DNA of 64,000 nt from Octopus vulgaris (lineage: Eukaryota). The translations under genes were made by a program, and so were the position numbers. Below, one piece after another: positions 14,190 to 26,817 of the stretch (positions within the stretch are counted from its first letter, which is position 1; each line of letters opens with the position of its first letter). The stretch spans positions 34,968,001-35,032,000 of the forward strand of contig OX597821.1 in assembly GCA_951406725.2 (NCBI GenBank), given 5' to 3'. The notes beneath the pieces are model-generated. The model had not been told where the DNA came from, did not search any database, and worked only from the letters and a program-made list of their open reading frames with translations.

Positions 14190-14575
14190 TATGGAAGCAC
14201 TCTGTCGGTTACGACGACGAGGGTTCCGGTTGATCCGAATCAACGGAACAGCCTGCTCGTGAAATTAACGTGTAAGTGGCTGAGCACTCCACAGACACGT
14301 GTACCCTTAACGTAGTTCTCGGGGATATTCAGTGTGACACAGAGAGTGACAAGACCGGCCCTTTAAAATACAGGTACAACAGAAACAGGAAGTAAGAGTG
14401 AGAGAAAGTTGTGGTGAAAGAGTACAGTAGGGATCACCAGCATCCCCTGCCGGAGCCGCGTGGAGCTTTAGGTGTTTTCGCTCAATAAACACTCACAACG
14501 CCCGGTCTGGGAATCGAAACCCCGATCCTATGACCGCGAGTCCGCTGCCCTAACCACTGGGCCATTGCGCCTCCA
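14190..14575 (-). mobile_element. SINE family C, full length with TSD
   Basis: tRNA-like A and B boxes on - strand; TSD catagaaataact at 14177-14189 and 14574-14586. Confidence 0.9.
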
Positions 14576-14861
14576 TAGAAATAACTAACAGTGCTAGTTA
14601 AACGCTTGACGACCTCCAGGAAGGCGGAAGTAGCGTTGCTCTACACTAAAACTTCATCAGTTACTTGATTTTCTATAGAATCTTTTCGGCACCCTCCCTC
14701 CCTCTCTACACACATACTTAAGCACACAAACACTCAAACACACAAACACACACACACACACACACACACACCTAGACTCGCACATGCATTTCGTTTCAAC
14801 AGCTTAACTTGAAGTAGATAGAGCAATAAATATTATGGTATAAATATTAGTTTAAAATTTT

Positions 14862-15059
14862 GGCACAAGTTCCAGCAATTTCAGGAGAGCAGAATATTCG
14901 ATTATATCGAACCCAGTATTCATCTGGTACTTATTTTATAGAACAATCAAAGGATGAAAGGTAAAGTTGACCTGCGTGGAATTTCAACTCAGAACGTAAA
15001 GACGGACGAAATGTCGGTAGGCATTTTGTTTGGCGTGCTCAAGATTTTGCCTGCACGCC
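14862..15059 (-). mobile_element. SINE family A, old diverged copy
   Basis: ctggtacttatttta..ggatgaaaggtaaagttgacct..aactcagaacgtaaa. Confidence 0.75.
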
Positions 15060-15116
15060 ACATCAGTTGCTCTCTCTCCCTTTCTTAGTCCTTCTATCTA
15101 TCTATCTATCTATCTA

Positions 15117-15435
15117 TGAAGTCAATATAAAATGTGACTTCATTGACCGAGGTTACCGTGGTCTTTTCCGTAGGCTTTTCTTTCCACGGGTAAACCTCAC
15201 CTGCCCCCCCTTTACACTTTATATTGACATTTCTGTGATAATGATCCCTATTGATCGATTTTTTTTCCTTTTCCTTTTATTTTCTATCCCACCCCATTTT
15301 TTGTCTTCTTACTTTCCTTTTACGATCCTTTTTGATCGAAAACCAAACCGCCTTTTTTTACCCCCAAAAGAAAAGCTCTACCTTGTACTTTGTCCTGTCT
15401 GTGTGCAGCCCTGTGTGGCTAATAAAGAAACATAT
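15117..15435 (+). mobile_element. 3' end of a retroelement (probable LINE 3'UTR) inserted in (TCTA)n
   Basis: Second copy at 55086-55290; both end agccctgtgtggctaataaagaaac-like and are flanked by (TCTA)n on both sides. Confidence 0.7.
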
Positions 15436-15447
15436 CTAATCTATCTA

Positions 15448-15484
<37 letters not shown>

Positions 15485-15566
15485 CCTATCTATCTATCTG
15501 TCTGTCTATCTATCAAAATATATAGTAATATAAGTTATGCATAAATACGTGTAGACGAACGCAATT

Positions 15567-15597
<31 letters not shown>

Positions 15598-15896
15598 TAT
15601 TCTAAACATTTTTTAAATAATGACTATCAGTATTCTCAATTTCCAGTTCCATCCACTCTATTTCCGTTTACCAATGGGATATGATAAAGTTTGCAAATCA
15701 TAAATAATTCAAAAATGACAGAAATCCATGGACGCATTTCTTCTTTTTTAAAAGAAATAATTTCTGCAGCACAGAAAAAATGGATGGTATTACAAAGAAG
15801 GTCCAAACTTCACTACTGTTTGCATTACTTTAAAGATGAAAACAATGTTAGATATATATATATATATATATATGTATATGTGTGTGTGTGTGTATG

Positions 15897-15927
<31 letters not shown>

Positions 15928-15949
15928 GTATATATCTATACACACATAA

Positions 15950-15988
<39 letters not shown>

Positions 15989-16136
15989 ATATATATATAT
16001 ATATATTCATGTATATATACATGTAGATGTAGGTACGAACATATATGTATGCATGTATGCATATATTTTATTTATTAAATTATTGTATGACTGAGCGCCC
16101 TCGCGTCGTTTCCTTTCGTTTCTTTTCTTTTCTCCA

Positions 16137-16163
<27 letters not shown>

Positions 16164-16171
<8 letters not shown>

Positions 16172-16297
16172 AGAGACAAACCATATTTTGTAAAACAAAC
16201 AAGGAAAGACTTAATCAATACATAAAATTTTAATAAATTATGTATTGATTAAGTCTTTCCTTGTTTGTTTACATAGTGGTTTTGTCTCTAATAATAT
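16164..16297. repeat. about 60-bp inverted repeat (fold-back) in (TA)n
   Basis: aaacaaacaaggaaagacttaatcaatacataa versus ttatgtattgattaagtctttccttgtttgttt. Confidence 0.9.
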
Positions 16298-16385
16298 TTT
16301 ATATATATATATATATATATATAATATTTTATAATATTTTACTATAAAATTGGATTTATATATATATATTCCCTATATTTATTAT

Positions 16386-16425
<40 letters not shown>

Positions 16426-16614
16426 GTATATATATATACATATAAATATATATATATATAAATATATACATACACACACATATATATATATATATACATA
16501 TGTATATATATATATATATACATACATTCATATATAAATATATATATTATTATATGATTGAACGCCACGCCTCCTCTTCCAAGTATATATATGTGTGTGT
16601 GTGTATGTGCGCGC

Positions 16615-16763
<149 letters not shown>

Positions 16764-17229
16764 TAGTATTACCAACCATTCAATCATTACATTTACGTAT
16801 CTGAAATTGATTTTTTTTCTGTTCTCTTTAGATTGACTAGCTACAGATTACAGATTCTACTGAATCGGAGAATATCTGGGAAAATACGTCGCAACTTACA
16901 TAAAGTCTAAGGGTATGCAAAGATTTGAAGTCAGATAATGTTTGAGTGTGCACGGATGCAGAATCCGAAGTTTTCCTTCAGAGATTCAAAGAGTCGGATT
17001 ATTTCCCCTTTGTGTGTCACTATTATGAACAATCAACAGAGAGCATCTTATCTGAAATATGAGTTCCAGGTGTCATAGATCCGTTTAGACAAAGATATTA
17101 TTCTCCTTTAGGGAAGAATCATCCAAATTTTCTTTTTCTTCTTTCTCTTTGACTTTTTTCTTTCCCTCTTTGTTTGCATCATTCTTTCAGTTTATTTTCG
17201 TTTCGTTTCTTATGTATACATACATAGAT

Positions 17230-17379
17230 GCAGGCGTGGCTGTGTGGTTAGAAGCGTGGTTCCGAACCACATGATTCTGGGTTCAGTCCCACTGCGTGGC
17301 AGCTTGGGCAAATGTCTCGGGCCGACAAAAACCTTGTGAGTGAACTTGGTAGAAAGAAACCGAAAGAAGTCTGTTGTAT

Positions 17380-17413
<34 letters not shown>

Positions 17414-17850
17414 TATGTATATAGGGAGCAAATATTTAAGAAAAAGTGGAAGTGGATTGGTAGCACAATTAGATAAAACACACCAAATGTAGCAAAAAGT
17501 GCTTCACAGTGGAATCCGAATGGATATAGAAAGAAAGGTAGGTCTAAGAACTCGTGGCGTAGATCAACACAAAAGGAACTAGAGAAAGGGGGACATTCAC
17601 GGCAGAGTATAAGTACAGAAGCGAAAAATTATGCGACATGGAATTCAACTATAAGTGGCCTATACACCGCGTTGGAGGGCTAAAGGAAGAAGAAGAATAC
17701 ATGTGTATATTTGTGTGTGAGTGTCTGTGTTTGTCCACCTACCATCGCTTACAGCCCGTAACCTAGCGGTTCGGTAAAAGAGCCCAATAGAATAAGTACT
17801 AGGCTTACAAAGAATAAGTCCTGGGCGCAGTTTGTTCGAATAAAGGCGGT
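17230..17850 (+). mobile_element. SINE family B interrupted by an RTE fragment
   Basis: 5' half 17230-17380 and 3' half about 17715-17850. Confidence 0.75.
17424..17697 (+). mobile_element. RTE-clade LINE 3' end
   Basis: Translates KKKWKWIGSTIR*..AKSASQWNPNGYRKKGRSKNSWRRSTQKELEK, matching the RTE ORF C-terminus; (GAA)n tail. Confidence 0.8.
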
Positions 17851-17855
17851 GTGCC

Positions 17856-17944
<89 letters not shown>

Positions 17945-18649
17945 GTGTTTCGTTTTGCGTGTGTCTGTGTGTATATCTGCATGATTTGCGAATATCCGCG
18001 CATATATGTTTATATTCGCGCATGTATGTGTAATGCGTGCGGTATATATCCTTAATGTATTGTATGTGCGTGTGTATGTGTGTATGAGTGCATGTATATA
18101 TATGTGTGTGTGTGTATCTGTATATGTGAGCATGTATATATGTGCAGATGTATATGTCTATATATATTTGCGTGCATGTGTGTATAGATGTTTGTGTATA
18201 TTTGTGTACGTATGTTGTGGATATGTGTTTATGTATGTGAAAGTGTGTGTGTGCGTACATGTGTTTGTGTATTAGTGTGTGTGTGTGTGTGTGTGTTTGA
18301 ATGTGTCTTGGTAAGTACACGAGTACGCAGAGGTTTTTGAACAATCATTTAGAATACAAATAGTTGAAGAAATTGGCAAAAAAAAAGGCCTAAAATTCAT
18401 TTCCAAAAATAATAATAATGAAAAAATAATTAAAAACTGATGATAAAACAGTATTTCAAAACTATTGTTGATGTCCTTGCATTGACAAAGATGATGATGA
18501 TGATGATGCTGATAATGTTGATAATGATGATGGTGATGATGATGTTGATGATGATGATGATGACAATGATAACGGTGGTGGTAGCTGTGGTGGTAGCTGT
18601 GGTGGCAGTCGTAGTAGAGACGATAGAAATGGTATTCGTGGTAGTGGTG

Positions 18650-18870
18650 CTGAGAAACGTTAGCACGCCGGGCGAAATGCGTAGCCGTATTTCGTCTGCC
18701 GTTACGGTCTGAGTTCAAATTCCGCCGAGGTCGACATTGCCTTTCATCTTTCCGGGGTCGATAAATTAAGTACCAGTAACACACTGGGGTCGATGTAATC
18801 GATTTAATACCTATGTCTGTCCTTGTTTGTCCCCTCTGTGTTTAGCCCCTTGTGGGTAATAAAGAAATAG
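18650..18870 (+). mobile_element. SINE family A
   Basis: Near-identical to 11963-12191. Confidence 0.9.
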
Positions 18871-19075
18871 GTACTGCTACTGGTTATGGCTTTCAGTTGC
18901 GGAAGCGGTGGCGGTGGTTGCGATGGATGTGGTGGCTGTGACGTCGGTGATACTCATTTTTCTTGTTTAATGCCCTGGTCATCCCTGATTAAAACATACG
19001 AATAAAGGCATTTCAGCCTACCCCCATTTTCATATCTATTTCACTACATTAACCATATTTATTTATTTATTTTTT

Positions 19076-19481
19076 GCAGGAGTGGCTGCGTGGTAAGTAA
19101 CTTGTTTACCAACCACATGATTCCGGGTTCAGTCCCACTGCGTGGCACCTTGGGCAAGTGTCTTCTACTATAGCCTCAAGCCGACCAAAGCCTTGTGATT
19201 GGATTTGGTAGACGGAAACTGAAAGAAGCCCGTCGTATATATGTATATATATATATGCGTGTGTGTGTTTGTGTGTCTGTGTTTATCCCCCTAGCATTGC
19301 TTGACAACCGATGCTGGTGTGTTTATGTCCCCGCTACTTAGCGGTTCGGCATAAGAGACCGATAGAATAAGTACTGGGCTTACAATAGAATAAGTCCCGG
19401 GGTCGAGTTGCTCGATTAAAGGCGGTGCTCCAGCATGGCCGCAGTCAAATGACTGAAACAAGTAAAAGAGTAAAAGAGTAA
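19076..19481 (+). mobile_element. SINE family B, full length
   Basis: Complete head to (AGTAAAAG)n tail. Confidence 0.9.
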
Positions 19482-19800
19482 TATGTTCTTTTTTGCCCGA
19501 GTTAGAAAGAAGTCCATTCCTTGATTGTTTTGTCTAAATGGTAATAGTCGTTGTCATTGCTGTTCACCTTAGATCAACCTTATTTGAGAAAAAGCATTCC
19601 ATCCGTGACGATTCCGCCTGTATCTTACATGCAGGGAGCCCACTGTCGTGTATATTCAACGCGTCCTTTTCTAAGACAGTATGGAATGCATTCAGGAAGA
19701 CATAATTACAATTTCTAAGTCGTCATCTTTCTGTTGTTACTATTGTTGTCGTTGTTGCTGCTGTTGTTGCTATTGTTGATGTTAATAGTAGTAGTAGTAG

Positions 19801-20211
19801 GGATCTTTTCGGTTTGAATGGCATTTTTTAACATAATTTCTAGCTAACTAAAAAATTTTAAACTTCGTATACTGGTAGAATGTGTTTATAAAACATCTTT
19901 TTCTCTTGGCTTTATTGAGAAAATTCTATAGTTTGTAAGATATTTGTTGTTTTTTTCTTCAATTTCTGCAATTTCAACCAATCACTGGCGTCCATTGAAG
20001 TAAACAACATTCCGTGCCATATGAATATGTCCCTCGTTTAAGAAACAGATTAGGTTTATTTACATTTGTGAAGAAAAAAAGTTATCCTTCCCCCCACCCC
20101 TAACCCTAACACAGATTGAAATGCAATAGATCGATACTAGGGTCATAATTATAGGTGACAATTTCATATGACACCGCTAGAAAAAAACTGCCGTTGAAAC
20201 CGAAAAGATCC
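19801..20211. mobile_element. MITE with about 23-bp TIRs inserted in (TAG)n
   Basis: ggatcttttcggtttgaatggca / tgccgttgaaaccgaaaagatcc; (TAG)n on both flanks. Confidence 0.85.
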
Positions 20212-20252
20212 AGTAGTAGTAGTAGTAGTAGTAATAGTAGTAGTAGTAGTAA

Positions 20253-20298
<46 letters not shown>

Positions 20299-20965
20299 TT
20301 GTCGGGTGCCTGCAATGGTGGTGGTGTTGGCAATGGTATCGAGTTGCCTAAAATTTTACGCAACGACTTTCGTTTTTAATCGTGATAAGTTTTCTAAAGC
20401 TAGATTATAACTTTAAGAAAGGAAATCTGTAGAATTTACTCGACTATATCACAGAGAAAGAAAGAAATGGTCTGTCTTAGTTGTTTGCAGCTGCTGCTGC
20501 TGCACTAATCTGCTATAATTGTTCTTATATACACAGTCGTGTATTTATTATACAATTTTATTTTCATTGTTGTTGTTTATGTTCTGATGTTGTTGGTGCC
20601 ATTGAGTTAGCTTAATTGTGAAAACTTTTGAAATTTGACTCCAATTACACCCACACAATCGTTATATATATATATATATATATAATTAATTAATAAGGGT
20701 GAGAGAATTAGATACTAATTTAATAGCATATCTATTCAACACCAAGTGGCCTAGTGCTCCGAGAAACCTGGATTATTATAATATTTTATAATATATTATA
20801 ATATTTTTACAAAATAAATATAAGAGAGTGGTCACTATATGGCTCACTCTAGCACTAGTTAATCCAAGGGGTTTCAACCACAAAAATACATGTTTCCCAT
20901 GAAAGTCAGTACGATTGTTAGCTCACACGGACAGGGCAAATAAAAAATAACAAAAATACAGATTA

Positions 20966-21047
20966 TTTTGGGACAATTGTTTCGCTATTAATGAATTAAA
21001 TGTAATTTTACTTACAAAAAAATCCACTTGTAGCTCGTCAGCCAAAA
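20966..21047 (-). ncRNA. type I hammerhead ribozyme (long stem-loop II)
   Basis: ttttgg-CTGACGA-GCTA..TAGC-GAAAC-AATT-GTC-ccaaaa; 6-bp stem I, palindromic stem III. Confidence 0.85.
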
Positions 21048-21500
21048 CTATCTGGATGAAATCCACTCAATCACACGCCAGATTTTACCATAACGATAAA
21101 TACACGTGTGGTTCAATTGATTACATCCGACGTTATAATTCAAATGCCCCAACTAACAGCGCGCCAAACTCTCACGGAAAACAAATACTGCATTTAGAAA
21201 TAAATGCAGCATAATTATAATTAATTAATAAGGGTGAGAGAATTAGATACTAATTTAATAGCATATCTATTCAACACCAAGTGGCCTAGTGCTCCGAGAA
21301 ACCTGGATTATTATAATATTTTATAATATATTATAATATTTTTACAAAATAAATATAAGAGAGTGGTCACTATATGGCTCACTCTAGCACTAGTTAATCC
21401 AAGAGGTTTCAACCACAAAAATGCATGTTTCCCATGAAAGTCAGTACGATTGTTAGCTCACACGGACAGGGCAAATAAAAAATAACAAAAATACAGATTA

Positions 21501-21582
21501 TTTTGGGACAATTGCTTCGCTATTAATGAATTAAATGTAATTTTACTTACAAAAAAATCCACTTGTAGCTCGTCAGCCAAAA
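21501..21582 (-). ncRNA. type I hammerhead ribozyme, core-mutated copy (GAAA to GAAG)
   Basis: Same as 20966-21047 with one substitution at 21515. Confidence 0.7.
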
Positions 21583-21848
21583 CTATCTGGATGAAATCCA
21601 CTCAATCACACGCCAGATTTTACCATAACGATAAATACACGTGTGGTTCAATTGATTACATCCGACGTTATAATTCAAATGCCCAACTAACTTTATTTCT
21701 AAATGCAGTATTTGTTTTCCGTGAGAGTTTGGCGCGCTGTTAGTTGGGGCATTTGAATTATAACGTCGGATGTAATCAATTGAACCACACGTGTATTTAT
21801 CGTTATGGTAAAATCTGGCGTGTGATTGAGTGGATTTCATCCAGATAG

Positions 21849-21930
21849 TTTTGGCTGACGAGCTACAAGTGGATTTTTTTGTAAGTAAAATTACATTTAA
21901 TTCATTAATAGCGAAACAATTGTCCCAAAA
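21849..21930 (+). ncRNA. type I hammerhead ribozyme (inverted copy)
   Basis: ttttggCTGACGAgcta..tagcGAAAcaattGTCccaaaa; predicted cleavage after 21924. Confidence 0.85.
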
Positions 21931-22123
21931 TAATCTGTATTTTTGTTATTTTTTATTTGCCCTGTCCGTGTGAGCTAACAATCGTACTGACTTTCATGGG
22001 AAACATGTATTTTTGTGGTTGAAACCTCTTGGATTAACTAGTGCTAGAGTGAGCCATATAGTGACCACTCTCTTATATTTATTTTATATTATATATATAT
22101 ATATGTGTGTGTGTGTATGCAGA

Positions 22124-22760
22124 GTACAGTGAATAAACTGTCGTCTAAATATACAAAAATTTTAACAGATGCATATACCAAATTTACATAAAAATATCTT
22201 GAAATATTAAAGAGTAAATTTATTCAACAAAACCACCATTGGCTTCAACGGCGGCCTCCAGACGACTTCAGAATCTGGGATCTTCTGTTTGTGTGGCATG
22301 CTGCAAAGTCCTGTAGCCAGACATAAGGTCTTCCAGCAGCCACGCTCTTGACCCAGGGCGGCACTACCCTCTCCAGGCACTTGATGTAGGTCTACGTGTT
22401 GTGTCTGAGTTCGTATAGGAAAATGAATAGAGGCATAACGTCGCCATTACTAGTGATTCCTCCAAACACCATGATGTTGACAGGACGTTTGATTTTTATC
22501 ACTCTCGATACATGTTCTCAGATTGACACCCAAACACCCTGAAATGATCGTATTGGAGCTTTCGGGGCGAATGCCAAGCAATACAGCATGTGGTTCCCAA
22601 ATTTCTGGCAGAGTGAATTGAGTCACGGTGCTGTTTTTTCTCACAGACGGTACCCAACTGCCCCTACTATACTGGTTAGTCGGCAAGATCAAAAGCAAAC
22701 AATGAACATGAACGAAATTAAAAATATAAAAAGATGACAATTTACCCATCACACCCTGTA
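22124..22760 (-). mobile_element. Tc1/mariner (DD37D/maT-like) deleted transposon
   Basis: Right end gacaatttacccatcacaccctgta; - strand peptides YIKCLERVVPPWVKSVAAGRPYVWLQD..CHT and SRLEAAVEANGGFVE*. Confidence 0.75.
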
Positions 22761-22863
22761 TATATATTAATGTTTGTTTTTGTGTTGTAATAAAAACAAT
22801 TTTACATTAAATTAAAGGATTACTAAATACATTTGGTAGAGTTCTTTTACAAGAATGGTGTTG

Positions 22864-22908
22864 ATAGTGACTTCGAAGTTTCGGCCTGATAAGCCATCAT
22901 CAGACTAT
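22864..22908 (-). ncRNA. canonical minimal type I hammerhead ribozyme
   Basis: atagt-CTGATGA-t-GGC-ttatcag-GCC-GAAAC-TTCGAA-GTC-actat; stem I atagt/actat, palindromic stem III ACTTCGAAGT. Confidence 0.9.
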
Positions 22909-22960
22909 AATGTAAATAAGTCCATCTTGGCTTTATATTGTCTCTGTTAAGTTAAAATTT

Positions 22961-23835
22961 TCATGAATTTGTTATGTGCAACAGACGCCGTATTAGATTA
23001 AAATAGTAATTTGTGTATCGTACTTGATGCAAATACTCCACGGAAAGCGAAAGTAACTTCATTAGTATCCCGGTGATAATATTTAATATGAACATTTTTT
23101 TCTTGCCTCTTGAGGCTTCATGTACCCGCTGAAAACCACATAGCAAGACAATATCCATTCTTACTGATATGGGAAAGGAATGACTGAAAAACCGCTGATG
23201 TCGCAGTTAAGCGACTGGCTGAATAAAAATTCATTATGTGCAACAGAAGCAATATTATGTTAAAATAGGAGCTTGCGTATCATACTTAATGCAAATACAT
23301 CACGTAATGCCAAATTAATTGAGATATTCATCCGGAGATGTCTTTTATGGAGGTACACAAAAATATATTAGTAGCAGATGGATTTTGGCCAGCAGCGGTA
23401 GTGGGAATGCGAGATGAGCATTTCTGTATTTTGGGGCTTTGTCTGTAGCATGTATCCCTACTGGTAATCGCATGCTACGACAAAATCTGTCGACATTAAA
23501 ACAGGGAAAAAAAGGGATTGAGAAATATGCTACTGATGTATTTTTGTGTTATTTAACGTAGTGCATCCATAGAAAATGTTAATTTTCGGGCGAATACCGC
23601 AGTTAATTTGGCTTTCAGTCATATATTTACATCAAGTATAATAAACAGATTGCTGTTTTAAACTAATATTACTTTTGTGGCACATAATGAATTTTTCTTA
23701 TTCATCTGATCAGCTCACTGCGACATCAGTGATTTATCAGTTATAGTTTTACTTTATCAGTAACGGCCGATTTTGTCTTAGCATATGGACGACAGTGAAT
23801 TCTTGGTATTGACGAAGCTCAAAGAAGCAGAAACA
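22961..23835. repeat. old diverged tandem plus inverted array (about 260-300 bp unit)
   Basis: ttatgtgcaacaga blocks at about 22972 and 23234; reverse-complement copy at about 23590-23835. Confidence 0.6.
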
Positions 23836-24577
23836 TGCATTTGGTAATGCCTCTCAAAACTACTCGACGATCTTTTGTCTGCTACAGATATATCTGCTTT
23901 TTAAGACTATACCTCTCTGAGACACGGAATCTCGAGTCGAATGCGCTGTTGGATAGGCTTTTAACGATGTATCTGTATTTTAGTATGAGCACAGATTGCT
24001 ATTAAAACCTAAATTTGAGGCGTAATGTAAGTATAAAAAGATGACAGTGGTTGAGATACAAAGCGCAATTTGAAGAGAAAAAAAAACCATTATATTTTAT
24101 TTCTACAAGATGGAGACGCCAGCTAGGAGCGTGCAGACAATTAAAACAGCAGCGACGACATCGATATACAAACGACCAAAGCTGCAATCTCCATAGAACA
24201 GAACAGGGGAAGTAATAAAACGTCGGAACTGATAACAAACGTATGGTTTCTATCTTTCGTTTAAAACATAAAATGTTTTATTTTGTAAATGGCGCATAAG
24301 AAATCTTTCAGAATGTCGTGTGTGTATATGTGTGTGAGTGTGCGTGCATACGTGGGTGCGGGTGCTTACAAGGGCGCGTGTGTTTGCTCGTGCGTGTGTG
24401 CTCGTCTGTATGTGTTTGTGTGTGTGTGTAAGTGTGTGTGAGCTAAGCAACATAGACGTACGTTGGGTAGAATATCGTGGTGTTGTTCCAACTCACAGCG
24501 CTTTGTGTTCATATCCCGCTAATAGCGTTTAAAATCTAAAGGTATTGTGTGTATAAACTTGTATGTAGGTATATATA

Positions 24578-24940
24578 GGCGCGGGAGTGGCTGTGTGGTA
24601 AGTAGCTTGCCAACCAACCACATGGTTCCAGGCACAGTCGCACTGCATGGCACCTTGAGCAAGTGTCTTTTCCTGTAGCTTCGGGCCGACCAAAGCCCTC
24701 TGAGTGGATTTGGTAGACGGAAACTGAAAGAAACCCGCTGTATGTATATGTATCTGTTTGTGTCTCTGTGTTTGTCCTTACCACTGTCGATTGACAACCG
24801 ATGTTGGTGTGTTTACGTCCCGTAACTTACACAAAAGAGACCGATAGAATAAGTACAGGCTTACAAAGAATAAGTCCTGGGAGTCGATTTGTTCCACCAT
24901 GGCCGCAGTTAAATGAATTAAATAAATAAAAGAATAAAAA
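24578..24940 (+). mobile_element. SINE family B
   Basis: Similarity to 19076-19481. Confidence 0.85.
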
Positions 24941-24941
24941 A

Positions 24942-24992
<51 letters not shown>

Positions 24993-25262
24993 AGCCTTGT
25001 GAATGGATCTGGTACACGGAAACTGAAAGTAGCCCGTCGTATATATGTGTGCGTGTGTGCTTATATTTGTGTACCTGAGTTTGTTTCCCCACTATCGCTT
25101 GACAACCGATGCTGGTGTGTTTATGTTCACTTAGCGGTTAGGCAAAAGAGACAGATAGAATAAGTACTAGGTTTACAAAGAGAAAGTCCTGGGGTCGATT
25201 TGTCGACTAAAGGCGGTGCTCCAGCATAGCCGCAGTCAAATGGCTGAAGCATATAAAATAAA
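24993..25262 (+). mobile_element. SINE family B, 5'-truncated
   Basis: Similarity to 19076-19481. Confidence 0.85.
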
Positions 25263-25817
25263 ATGAAAATTATATTCATACACATGTACGCTTGTGGAGA
25301 TAAACATATGCATGATATATACAAGTTAGAATATATTGAGACTGTTTATGACTGTCTATATATCTCTTATCGCTAGACTAAAGAAGTATAAAAAAAGTAA
25401 CTGATAAAATGATCCAGTGAAACTATTAATCAGAAAATGTTCTCGCCTGATACCCACCTCGATCCTCTTCTATTCTACTGTGTGTCAATTTTCCTTATCT
25501 GATAGCAAATATTATAAAGTGCTTGTCCGAGTCAGTTCAGTAGAGTCGCATGTCATATCTACGTTGATGAATATTATTAACATCTTTTCCAACAAAAGAA
25601 AAAAAAGGCGAAAAAAAAAAGCGTTTCGTGTAAAAGTTACACTTCTCTGACGCTTTAACACTAGGTTTTGATTTTCTAATTCACATTATGTAGCTAATGA
25701 TCACCTTATGTTAATGAAATGTACGTAAGATGGTGTAGCTAAATATCTTATGCACAATCTCCCTTGTTTGTTTCGTTTCCCTCATATAATGATGATATAT
25801 ATTTGTATATATATTAT

Positions 25818-26108
25818 TGCCTGGGGAGAGTCAGTCTGTTTTAATGCCTTATTAATTAACACACCGGTTCGGTTTCAACTCATTTATTTTTTATTTTTTC
25901 TAAAATTTTCTTGCAACCACTTCAGGAGTCGTTGACAATATCTGTTATCGGAGCTGCGTCTCCAGCCACACCGACACCTGCATGTATAGCTAATGACTAT
26001 TGAAGAAACAACGAAAATTTTAGAAAAAAATAATAAATAAATGGAAATCCAACCGGTGAGTGTTTTATAAATAAGGCATTAAAAAACAATGAATCTCTCC
26101 AGACAAAG
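25818..26108. repeat. diverged fold-back element (about 90-bp arms)
   Basis: ttttaatgccttatt..accggtt..ttttctaaaatttt versus aaaattttagaaaa..aaccggt..aataaggcattaaaa. Confidence 0.7.
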
Positions 26109-26462
26109 TAAAATATGATTCAACACACGAATTCATATAAAGAATCTTGTAAACCAAATACAAAAATGATATATATATATATATATATATATATACCATA
26201 ATTACATGAAAAAAATTCTAGGCATTATGCCTCTATTGGGCAGCTTAGGTCACGTGGTATTAATTATGCGAATGCGTCACAGCTATAGTTTTGCATTCTT
26301 TGGCCCATGTTCTCGGACACAATGTTGGCAGAATGCTGACGACAAATATATATACTGCAGGAATGTGCACATAGGCATGTATGTTTATATATAACCCTAA
26401 CCCTAACCTTATATATGCACACACATGTATGTATATACATACATATATTCTTTGTCTTTTAT

Positions 26463-26817
26463 ATTCAAATTGTTTCAACCATTAGACTGCGGCCATGCTG
26501 GTGCACCACCAATGAAAAAACTTTAGTCGTATGAATCGACCTTAGTACGTAATTGTTTTGCTAAGCCTGGTACTTATTCTATCGCATTCTTGGGCCGAAC
26601 CGCTAGGTTACGGGGACGAACACACCAAAACCGGTTTTCAAGCGTTGGTGGGAGATAAACAGATACAAAAGCCACACACAACAGGCTTCTTCCAGTTTCC
26701 ATCTACCAAATCCACTCACAAGGCTTTTATCGGCTCAAAGTGCCACACTGTACGACTGAACCTGGAATTGGAACGATATGGTTAGGCAGCAAGCTTCCTA
26801 CCACTCAGTCACGCCTG
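26463..26817 (-). mobile_element. SINE family B, diverged
   Basis: gactgcggccatgctgg..ccgaaccgcta..ctaccaaatccactcacaaggcttt. Confidence 0.8.

Larger units (their letters stand above)
20681..22086. mobile_element. hammerhead-bearing PLE-type/retrozyme element: about 1.9 tandem 535-bp units plus inverted 395-bp copy, in (TA)n
   Basis: Unit 1 20681-21215, unit 2 21216-21691, inverted copy 21692-22086; near-identical sequences. Confidence 0.85.

Noticed and set aside
20098-20110. Telomere-like ccctaaccctaa (also at about 26395-26407)
   Set aside because: Only two units, here inside a MITE; not an interstitial telomeric array
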